64,000 nucleotides of DNA. Source: the human T2T-CHM13v2.0 reference genome, Homo sapiens. Both the position numbers and the translations under genes were made by a program. Below, piece after piece: positions 1-10,367 of this stretch. The number at the start of each line of letters is the position of its first letter. The stretch's first letter is position 1. The notes beneath the pieces are model-generated. The model had not been told where the DNA came from. It ran no database searches and saw only the letters and a list, made by a program, of their open reading frames with translations. The stretch lies in NCBI RefSeq assembly GCF_009914755.1, contig NC_060926.1. One strand, given 5' to 3'.

Positions 1-47
1 AGCCTCCCAAGTAGCTGGGACTGCAGGTGCACACAACTGTGCCTAGC
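1..47 (-). mobile_element. Alu fragment (continues off the window)
   Basis: agcctcccaagtagctgggactgcagg is antisense Alu. Confidence 0.8.
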
Positions 48-129
48 TTTGACAGGGCTTTTATAAGGGAGAAAGGACATAATAGATGTAAAACTGCTTG
101 TCAAACTGTAAATTGTTGTGCAAATATAA

Positions 130-476
130 GGCAGAGGCCACATGCTGGCAGTCGTGGGCCAAATATTGCACATGTATTTCACTTGGTTTGCACTGTATTT
201 TTAAAAACAGAACTAACATTTAAAAATAGAACAGTTTACATAAATTCTGGATTTCTTACTTCTCTTGAAAAACCAAGCAATGTGGCAACCTGGGCCCCGT
301 CTCTGTGTGGCAGCAGTTGGCCCGAGTTGAATTGTGGCAGCCCCTCAAGAAGGGGCATGCCTTTCCAGTTCTGGTGATCTGTACCCTTCCCTGACAGCTC
401 TCTGACAATGACAGTGGTCTCTTTCACAGTTGATACAACTTGCCTGGCTCATGTGTGCATTTAAATGTGTGATACT
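130..476. mobile_element. hAT-Charlie DNA transposon relic, MER102-like
   Basis: ggatttcttacttctcttgaaaaa...tggcaacctgggccc...ggggcatgc resembles the MER102 consensus as recalled. Confidence 0.55.
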
Positions 477-549
477 TGAGTAAGATATTAGACAGACAGC
501 TTTAATTCTGTGGCAAAACCTTTTGGATTTGTGAAGACAAAGCTAAAGC

Positions 550-700
550 CCTAGCTTGGACATTTTTCAGCTGGGGCAACTTGGTCAAGTCACTTCACCT
601 TTTTGAAACTTTTTCTTTCTATGTACAATGGAAATATGATAACTACCTCATAAGATTTTGGAAAGGTTTTATATAAGATAAGCACCTCAGCTTATAAATA
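550..700 (+). mobile_element. MIR SINE
   Basis: MIR core-like ttggtcaagtcacttcacct...ctacctcata. Confidence 0.55.
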
Positions 701-737
701 AGAATGAGTAACACATATCTATTATGTGTTAGTAGAT

Positions 738-1192
738 ATACAGTTATTTATTACCACAATAATGCTCCGTGTAACAACCATAAAATCTCAGTGGCCTATA
801 GCAATAAGCACTTATTTTTCCCTACGAATTTATAGGTTGAATGGATGGCTCTGCTGATCTGGGTTGGGCTCTCTTACATGTCTGAGGGCGGTGGCTGGGC
901 ATTCTGTTCCATGTGTCTCATCCTCCAGCAGGTTGGCCTGGGCTTGTTCTCATGGCAATGTCAGAGGAACAAGAGGGAAAAAGCAAGAGTGTGCAAGTGC
1001 TTTTTCAAGTCATCGCTTGTGTTATATTTGCTATTATTCCAGTGATCACAGTAAATCACATGGCAAAACCTAAAGTTGAGAGTTGGGACAGAAAGGCCCT
1101 TCTGCAATGGGAAGGCACTGCAAAGTTACATAGGAAAAAGACCCAAGGAGGGGTGAGGATTTGAGGCCATGCCTGCCATCAATCAGCCACAG
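738..1192 (-). mobile_element. MLT1-family MaLR LTR
   Basis: gtaacaaccataaaatctcagtggc...tttatt...; antisense MaLR end with typical body. Confidence 0.6.
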
Positions 1193-1353
1193 TAGGGCAG
1201 GCTAACCTGCTGAAATAAATTCCAAAGTAGTTAATAACTGAAATACTCTAGAAGTTAATTTCTTGTTCATTTTAACAGTACAGGTCCTGGTTACTGGGTG
1301 GCTCCTTTCATTTCTTAGCTCCATCATCACCTAGATCCCACTACTGCCTATAT

Positions 1354-1568
1354 CAGGGGTTGATAAACTTCTTAAAGGGCTAGGTAGTAAATATTTTAAG
1401 CTTTGAGGGCCATATGGTTTCTCTTGCAACTACTCAATGCTACTCTTGTACATAAGCAGCCATAGACAATGTGTGAATGAATGGGCATGGCTGTGTTCCA
1501 GTAAAACTTTATTTACAAAAACAGACAACAAGCTAAACTGGCCATGAGTCATAGTTTGCTGACTCCTG
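1354..1568. mobile_element. MER58A-like hAT MITE
   Basis: TIRs CAGGGGTTGATAAACT / AGTTTGCTGACTCCTG; internal gcagccatagacaat...ggctgtgttccagtaaaactttatt. Confidence 0.8.
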
Positions 1569-1804
1569 CCCCAAGAGCTGCAGGCCTGGTAGATATTAAG
1601 TTAATATGCAAGTTAACAGAGAGGACAATTTTACCAAATATTTTGCCCATGGAATAAGAGGAATCTCCAGCTTCCCATCCTGCCCTATCTGAGTCTTTGC
1701 TTTCTCTGGTGCCAAAACATTAAGCCAATTCTCATATATGCACATTTTCCAAACAGTTGTTTTCTACTTCAAGATAATAATTTTTTAATTAAAGAGTTAG
1801 AATA

Positions 1805-2120
<316 letters not shown>

Positions 2121-2195
2121 TTAGCTTAACTGCTTTTTCTTTTATCTCTAAAAAGGCTTCAAGATGTGTAATGGCTCTAACATAATAGAAATGTA

Positions 2196-4107
2196 GCTCT
2201 CCCTCTCCCTCTCCCTCTCCCTCTTTCCACGGTCTCCCTCTGATGCCGAGCCGAAGCTGGACTGTACTGCTGCCATCTCGGCTCACTGCAACCTCCCTGC
2301 CTGATTCTCCTGCCTCAGCCTGCCGAGTGCCTGTGATTGCAGGCGCGCGCCGCCACGCCTGACTGCTTTTCGTGTTTTTTGGGTGGAGACGGGGTTTCGC
2401 TGTGTTGGCCGGGCTGGTCTCCAGCTCCTAACCGCGAGTGATCCGCCAGCCTCGGCCTCCCAAGGTGCTGGGATTGCAGACGGAGTCTCCTTCACTCAGT
2501 GCTCAATGGTGCCCAGGCTGGAGTGCAGTGACGTGACCTCGGCTCGCTACAACCTCCACCTCCCAGCCGCCTGCCTTGGCCTCCCAAAGTGCCGAGATTG
2601 CAGCCTCTGCCCGGCCACCACCCCGTCTGGGAAGTGAGGAGCGTCTCTGCCTGGCCGCCCATCATCTGGGATGTGAGGAGCCCCTCTGCCTGGCTGCCCA
2701 GTCTGGAAAGTGAGGAGCGTCTCTGCCCGGCCGCCATCCCATCTAGGAAGTGAGGAGCGCCTCTTCCCGGCAGCCATCCCATCTGGGAAGTGAGGAGCGT
2801 CTCTGCCTGGCCGCCATCCCATCTAGGAAGTGAGGAGCGCCTCTTCCCGGCAGCCATCCCATCTGGGAAGTGAGGAGCGTCTCTGCCTGGCCGCCATCCC
2901 ATCTGGGAAGTGAGGAGCGTCTCTGCCCGGCCGCCCATCATCTGAGATGTGGGGAGCGCCTCTGCCCTGTCGCCCCGTCCGGGATGTGAGGAGCGTCTCT
3001 CCCCGGCCGCCCCGTCTGAGAAGTGAGGAGACCCTCTGCCTGGCAACCGCCCTGTCTGAGAAGTGAGGAGCCCCTCCGCCCAGCAGCCGCCCCGTCTGAG
3101 AAGTGAGGAGCCCCTCCGCCCGGCAGCCACCCTGTCTGGGAAGTGAGGACCGTCTCCGCCCGGCAGCCGCCCCGTCCGGGAGGGAGATGGGGGGGTCAGC
3201 CCCCCGCCTGGCCAGCCGCCCCGTCCGGGAGATGAGGGGCGCCACTGCCTGGCCGCCCCTACTGGGAAGTGAGGAGCCCCTCTGCCCGGCCAGCCGCCCC
3301 GTCCGGGAGGGAGGTGGGGGGGTCAGCCCCCCGCCCGGCCAGCCACCCCGTCCGGGAGGTGAGGGGTGCCTCTGCCCGGCCACCCCTCCTGGGAAGTGAG
3401 GAGCCCCTCTGCCCGGCCAGCCGCCCCGTCTGGGAGGGAGGTGGGGGGGTCAGCCCCCCGCCTGGCCAGCCGCCCCGTCCGGGAGGTGAGGGGCGCCTCT
3501 GCCCGGCTGCCCCTACTGGGAAGTGAGGAGCCCCTCTGCCCGGCCACCACCCCATCTGGGAGGTGTACCCAACAGCTCATTGAGAACGGGCCATGATGAC
3601 AATGGCAGTTTTGTGGAATAGAAAGGGGGGAAAGGTGGGGAAAAGATTGAGAAATCGGATGGTTGCCGTGTCTGTGTAGAAAGAGGTAGACATGGGAGAC
3701 TTTTCATTTTGTTCTGTACTAAGAAAAATTCTTCTGCCTTGGGATCCTGTTGATCTGTGACCTTACCCCCAACCCTGTGCTCTCTGAAACATGTGCTGTG
3801 TCCACTCAGGGTTAAATGGATTAAGGGCGGTGCAAGATGTGCTTTGTTAAACAGATGCTTGAAGGCAGCAGGCTCGTTAAGAGTCATCACCACTCCCTAA
3901 TCTCAAGTACCCAGGGACACAAACACTGCGGAAGGCCGCAGGGTCCTCTGCCTAGGAAAACCAGAGACCTTTGTTCACTTGTTTATCTGCTGACCTTCCC
4001 TCCACTATTGTCCTGTGACCCTGCCAAATCCCCCTCTGCGAGAAACACCCAAGAATGATCAATAAAAAAAAAAATAATAAAATAAAAAATAAAAAAAATA
4101 AAAAAAG
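2196..4107 (+). mobile_element. SVA retrotransposon (SVA_C/D-like): CCCTCT hexamers, Alu-like domain, VNTR, SINE-R, poly(A)
   Basis: (CCCTCT)n from 2197, Alu-like ~2230-2600, GC-rich VNTR ~2600-3565, SINE-R ~3566-4066 ending gatcAATAAA, then an A-rich tail. Confidence 0.97.
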
Positions 4108-4407
4108 AAAATTAACTTTGGTACCAGGTACAAACCAGTCTGGGAGCAGATCAGCAAAGAAACTCTTGAAATAAACGGTTAAGATAAAAAGGAGTAACAA
4201 AGGTGTAATACCAACGCATCGGCAGTGGCGCTGACCTTAGGAGGCTTCCGACAGTCAATCACAATACTTCAGGACCTATCAGAGGTAGGATCTAAGCCTC
4301 CCAGAGTCCCCGCACGCCCTTGTCAGCTTCCCTGCTCCTCTCCTGATGCTTCCTGGGATCACTTCCCAAATAAATTACTTGCACTTAAAAAAAAAAAAAA
4401 AAAAAAA
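4108..4407 (+). other. SVA-mediated 3' transduced segment plus second poly(A)
   Basis: AATAAA 4369-4374, poly(A) from 4387, and TSD AGAAATGTA at 2187-2195 and 4408-4416. Confidence 0.85.
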
Positions 4408-6204
4408 AGAAATGTATGTGTATAATAGTTAAGGCAGGTGTTCCTGATCAGTGACTGGCTTTTTTCCACAAAGACATTCAGGGACCTACTTCCTTGCCCT
4501 CTTGGGGCTTCGCCATCCCCTCATAGCTACTTCTTGAAAGCTTTGGCATAAATGGCACACATTACTTCTCACTTTCCATGGAGGAGAATGTTGACATATA
4601 GCCACATGGAACTGCAACAGAGGCTGAGAAATCAGTCTAACCACATATGCTACAAGCATGTTCCTATGCAAAGAAAGAACAGCTTCAGATGGATAATTAG
4701 TGTTGTCTAATGCTTACAGAGTCACAAATATCCCAGTACCTAACATAGTGCCAGGTATGGAGTGAATTGTTAAGTATTTATGGAGGAAGGAAGGGAGAGA
4801 GGGAGGCACACCAGTCCGGGTGTATGGCCTAACCATTGACAGGCAGATGGGACTGTCTGTGAAGGATCATGCAACCCCATCTTGCCATCTGAGGTTTAAT
4901 CTTTGCAGTACTAAGTAATTGTTTGTGTCCCTTGGATTCTGTAAATGTTGTACTACAACTGTACACATGTCCTCTTTGACTTTTATAGGCCTGGGGGAAG
5001 AAAATTAAACATTCTTCATTTTACTTAGGTAATTAATTCATTCCTTTTGTCACTTATATGTAAGTCAATGGGAAGGAGGAAACAATATAAGAGTAACTGG
5101 AACACAACCTTCCTAAGCATATAGGCTCAGAGTTGTCAGAATCATCTCACAGAACAGTGAGAGAACATGCTCATGTTTCTCTGAGCTCTCTTCTGCCTTT
5201 AAGGTGTATCTTAAATGGACTTTATAAAGGTCATCTTCATTACAGGACTTTGAAGCAATTCCAAATGGCACTCTCTAGGTGCTGCCTGTGTCTGGCTGAG
5301 GAGGAAGACTGTGCAGTTACCTCCCTGGCTGCACATATGGCGCCTCTCTGTTCAGTCACCTCTCACCACCCTCTGCTGTTTTGGTGACCGTGTGGGGAAA
5401 TTCCATGTTGGAATCTGAAGAAATCCACTTTACCATTGAGGACAGTGCTAAGGGCCCAGTGGCTGAGGGGGAAATCCTTGGGACAATGTTGAACACAGTT
5501 AATGCAGGGAGGGAAGAGAAGCCTGGCACTCATGGCTACCACTCTGCCTTACTCAGAAGGTGAAGAAGAGAGGATGAGTAGAGAGGTCTACTGGTGGAAC
5601 AGAAATGATGGGGAATGGACTGGTATCTGCTTTAGGGCCCTGTGGAGCTGCAAGGCTGGTTCACGCTTGCCCCAATGTACCTACCAGACTGAGGGTCTGA
5701 ACTGCCATCTTAACCTGACTCTTTCTCTTGGAGGGACTTCCAGTGGTGGGTGTGTACAGTCTGCTAGACACAGTGCCTAACCAACCATGAAAGATGGCTT
5801 GGCTGGGATTCCCAGCAGTGGACTGGGGTGACTTCCTAAAACAGAACACAGGCTCCACCTCTAAGCAGGGTGTGGGAGTCTAGACAGGAAGGGAAAATAA
5901 AAATTAAAAAAAAAAGATTTCTCAATTATATCATATCTGGCCCAAATGACATAAAACCAGTCTAATTACTTGAGATACATGGTCTAGGAAAGAATTTAAT
6001 ATTTATCAGTCTAGTACTACAAGAGAAAATTTATTTTTGAGCATTTGATACTTTGACATTTCTGGATTGAGTCGAAACAATAGGCCACAGGCTCCTTTTT
6101 CTTCCATTCCATGTCATTCCATTTCATTCCGCTATATCTTTTTTCCTTTCATAATATTAGCGCATACTTAATGTTTCATAGTGTGCTTGTGTTTTTCTGC
6201 TTCA

Positions 6205-6565
6205 AGTGGAATATTGCTTAAGTTGTAATCACTACAGCAAGCACTGAAAAAAAACTATACAGGGATATAGTAAGAAAACAAATACATTAAATAGAATAAT
6301 AAAAAAATGCTTAATTAACCCAAAAGAAGGCAGGGAAAAGGAAAGTAATTCCAGTTAATACTAATTAAAAGCAGAGATGGTCAAATAGATTTTTAAAAAG
6401 GATCCAACTTAGAAACAAACAAAACAAATAAGATGGTAGAACTAAATCCAAACTGATCAATAATTATATTAAATGTAAATGGTCTAAACACACCAACTAT
6501 ATGCTGTCTACAAGAAATTTCACTTCAATCATAGTTATACAGGTAGAGGACAGGAAAAGATTGCA
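6205..6565 (+). mobile_element. Old L1M fragment (inter-ORF/ORF2 start)
   Basis: A-rich; ttaaatgtaaatggtctaaacacaccaa and tatgctgtctacaagaa resemble the L1 endonuclease start. Confidence 0.7.
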
Positions 6566-6566
6566 C

Positions 6567-7070
6567 TGTGTCAATGTTTTTTTTTTTATGCTGTGTAACC
6601 GATTACTACAAGTAGTGGTTTAAATGCTATATAACAGGTTACTACAGATAGTGGCTTAAATGCTGCGTAACAGATTACTACAAGTAGTGGTTTAAATGCT
6701 AAGTAACAGATTACTACAGGTAGAGGCTTAAATGCTATGTAACAGATTACTGTAAGTAGTGGTTTAAATGCTATGCTACAGATTACTACAGGTAGTGGCT
6801 TAAATGCTGTGTAACAGATTACTACAAGTAGTGGCTTAAAACAACACATATTTATTATCTCAGGGGTCAGAAGCCTGGGTATGGCTTAGTTGGTTACTTT
6901 ACTTCAGGGCCTCACCAAGTTTTAACCCTCAGGGTCTTGGATGAAGCTGTGGCCTCATCAGAAGCTTGGGGGTGGATGATGGTGGGGGGAAGTGCAGAAT
7001 CTGATTCCAAACTTCCTCAGGTTGTTGGCAGAATTTATTTCCTTGTGGCTGCAGGACTGAAGCATAAGTT
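6567..7070 (-). mobile_element. MLT1 MaLR LTR fragment containing the minisatellite
   Basis: gtggcttaaaacaacacatatttattatctca...caggttgttggcagaatttatttccttgtggctg. Confidence 0.75.
6589..6840. repeat. Minisatellite, 7 x 36 bp (TGCTGTGTAACAGATTACTACAAGTAGTGGCTTAAA)
   Basis: Units start at 6589, 6625, 6661, 6697, 6733, 6769 and 6805; the 12-aa periodicity of ORF 6586..6849 reflects this. Confidence 0.95.
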
Positions 7071-7074
7071 TCTT

Positions 7075-8040
7075 ATTCACATACATTTGTCAATGTAGAT
7101 GAAACAGACTAGGTCCTCAGAAAACCAGAAGTTACCAAAACTAACCCAAGACAAAATAGATAATCTGAATGATCTTATAATTATCAAAAGTAATTGAATC
7201 CATAATAAAAAATCTTTAAAAACTAGAGTTTCAGTAAGTCTATCAAATATTTAAAAAAGAAATCAATCCTCAACAATTTCTTTCAGGAAATAGAAGAGAA
7301 AGAAATACTTCCCAACTCATTTTATGAGGCTAGCATTACACTGAAAGCAAAACTAGACGAAGGCAGTAACAAGACAAGGAAACTGCAGGTCAATATCCTC
7401 ATGACCATAGACACAAAACCCCCCAACAAATTATTAGCACAACAATCCAGCAATATAAAAAAAGAATACTACGCCACAACCAAGTGGAGTTTATCCTGAG
7501 AATGCAAAAATAGTTCAGTCTGTGAAAATCAATCAATGCAAGTCACCCTATTAATAGTCAAAAGAAAAAGCACATGATTATATCAATTGATGAAGAGAAA
7601 GCATTTAAAAAATTCAACATTCACTCATAAAAAAAAAACAGCGAACTAGGAATAGAAGGGAAATTATTATTATTTAATTATTTTTGAGACAGGGTCTTGC
7701 TCTGTTGCCCAGGCTAGAGTGCAGTGGCATAAACATGGCTCACTGCAGTCTTGACCTCCTGGGCTCAACCAATCCTTTTACCTCCACCTCCCAAGTAGCT
7801 GGAACCATAGGTGTATGCCACCATGCCCAGCAACTAATTTTTTAAGAAATTTTTTATAGAGATGAGGCCTTGCCATGTTGACCAGGGAGGTCTTGCACTC
7901 CTGGGCTCAAGCAAGTTTCCTGCCTCAGCCTCCCAAAGTGCTGGGATTACAGGCATGAGCCATTGTGCCTAGCTGTGGCTCATGCCTGTAATCTGTAATT
8001 CTTAAACCTGATAAAGGATACCTACAAAAAGCCTTGAATG
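7075..8040 (+). mobile_element. L1M ORF2 fragment, interrupted by AluJ
   Basis: cttcccaactcattttatgaggctagcattacactga...; aagtggagtttatcctgagaatgcaa; degenerate RT-region sequence. Confidence 0.8.
7664..7974 (-). mobile_element. AluJ
   Basis: gagacagggtcttgctc...ctgcagtcttgacctcctgggctcaa (J-type features). Confidence 0.9.
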
Positions 8041-9329
8041 TGGCAAAAACAACAAAGAGTTCTCAAATGCTGGGCAACACTGCACAGTACAATTGCTTTC
8101 CTTGTCCTAGTGTAGTGCAGCAATAAAATCCCAAGGCATCACCCTTTCCAAAATTGCGCTTATTGTTCCTGATAGTCTAGTGACCAGCAGTTGGCGAGAA
8201 CATGAGTGCAACAAAAGTGAGCTCTGGATCTTTATTATGTAGCACTGGGATCGGGACTGCACACTCTGTGTCTTACTGTGACTACATCGTGCAGAAATGG
8301 GGTGGTGAAAAGAACATTAAGTTGGTGGAGAAGCACTTTGCTGAACAAGGATATAGGTGCTGATAACAAGGCTGTGCATCAGGAAGCTGGCAGTTAATCC
8401 GATCTTGGGCGCCTCCTGGGAACCAGAGCCAGCAATCAGCATCACGCAGAAAAACAGCAGGGATCTGGAAATGAGATTTCTGAAAGTCAGGAAGTTGGCA
8501 GTTGAGTCAGAGCTGCAGAACCAGCTGGAATAAGAACCTTTAGCTATCAGTACCAAGTAACAAAGCAGCAAGGAAGAGCTCACTAAAGGGACCATGGAGA
8601 GTTTTTTTCATTGTTTTTTTTTTTTAAATGAAGGGACTCAGAAATAAAAAACTTTGCTTAATTATTGTTACAGCCAGCCAGAGATTCGAAACAGCAGAGT
8701 CATAAAGAGAAATGTCTCATGAAGGTTATTCTCTCATGCAGACAAGTGCACTTGAATTTGTAGTCAGGCACTTCTGCTTTTGAGCTTGTTTCTGTCAACC
8801 AGACTTTCCACACTTTCTTCTTAATGACTGGAACTTCTGACTTTCCCAAGCTTTTCCATGAGAAGTTGGGTCTCTCAGTCAGTTCAAGCAGAAAAAAAAA
8901 GAAAAGTTTAACAATGAGGCAAAGTTGGAAGTATAATTTCAGGCGTTCTAATCTTCAGCACACACTTAAATTCCTGTCCTCCTCTGGAATTGCTAACAGA
9001 ATGCGTCAGTTTAATTGCTCAAAGAATGTGTCAGTTAAAGCTTAGCTTAACTATAGTTCTGAAGTTGAGCTGCTCTGGTTCTCAAGATGCCCTAAGCAAA
9101 GAAAAGTACAGAATTTTGCAGAGGCAAAGAAGTGGTACGGAAAAGTCTCAGAAACAAGCCAGCTCTTCCTGGAAAGAAAAATCACTGGGTCTCTCGGTGG
9201 CCAACAGCAGAACTCCAGCTTTTTATTTGAGACTCACAGCCTTCAAAGCAGCACGTGTGATAGAGAGCACCCATTATGGACATCCGACGACCTGGGTTCA
9301 GACCCACATTTGCCCCTCTGAGATAGTGG

Positions 9330-9575
9330 TGATGGTGGACTCTTGATTCAGGCAGTCTGGATTCAAGGGGCAAGTCTGATATTTTCTTATTGTTGACCAT
9401 GAGCAACTTAGTTCACCTCTTTGTGCATCAGTTTCCTTATCTATAAAACGAGATGATAAGCATATCTACCTTATAGAGTTGTTGTGAAGATTAAATGAAT
9501 TCCTACTGCATGTGTAAAACGTCTGGAACCATACCTAGCTCATTGTAAGTGCTATATAAACGTTTGCTGTTATTA
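9330..9575 (+). mobile_element. MIR SINE
   Basis: ctctttgtgcatcagtttccttatctataaaa...gttgttgtgaagattaaatga. Confidence 0.8.
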
Positions 9576-10159
9576 TATACTAACTAGGTACTAGGATAAT
9601 TTACCTGTCTGGTTTCAGCTTCCTTAGCTGTAAAGCTAGAGTGCTGGTTCTCAAAATGTGGTCTGGAGACCTCTAGCATCAAAATAACCTAGAGTATCAG
9701 TTTAAATAAAATCTCTTAGAGCATGGCCTGGAAAGGAGCTTATAAAAATGCTTTCAAAGTCATTCTTATGCATGTTTATCTAATCATAGGAGAACCCACA
9801 TAATTAAATGAGCGTTGAGTTCATTCTAACTGTTGGCATTGAGTTGCTTTGGGAAGAAGAGAGAAATTATGCCCTGAGAGGCACAAGCACTGACCCTCTG
9901 ACAAGAGAATGGAAAGCCGAGCCTGAGCTGTAGACAGGCAGTGCCCATCTCAGCAGTGAGTGGGAATCATGGCCTGGAGATGGGTGAGTCGCCTTTTTCA
10001 TAAATGTCCATGGACTGCTCATGGAATGACCTGATAAAATTCTCCTTCCCAGTTGTATGGACTGAGAGTGAGCCCTTGAATCTTTGTGGCAATAAACAAA
10101 AAAAGTAACTTGTTGGAAGTTGGAACTAACTTCTCTGTCTTCTGTGCTCCCATTCACAT

Positions 10160-10367
10160 TATTTCTATCCTATTATAATTCACATCCTACTGTATCACAG
10201 TGAAGTACTATGTGTATCTCCTCCTGAAACTATGAGCTTCTTAAATATAGAGGGAATACCTATATTCCCTCATCATTGGATTCCTCTCTTCCTCCTCCTT
10301 TGCCCTAACATTTAGCACAGTGATTTGCATGTGGTCGTTCTTTAGTAAGTGTTTGTTGAATGAATCA
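10160..10367 (+). mobile_element. L2 3' end
   Basis: tagcacagtgatttgcatgtgg...gtttgttgaatgaat terminus. Confidence 0.65.

Noticed and set aside
2283-4058. Many long overlapping ORFs (up to 212 aa)
   Set aside because: They are by-products of the GC-rich, stop-poor SVA VNTR and Alu-like domain.
4108-4407. Processed pseudogene next to the SVA
   Set aside because: It has no TSD of its own and no coding similarity; the shared TSD with the SVA favours 3' transduction.
6589-6840. 36-bp repeats resembling a CRISPR array
   Set aside because: The units are contiguous with no unique spacers, there are no cas genes, the context is primate, and the unit derives from an MLT1 LTR.
6586-6849. 87-aa ORF with a 12-aa repeat
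   Set aside because: It is simply the translation of the 36-bp minisatellite.
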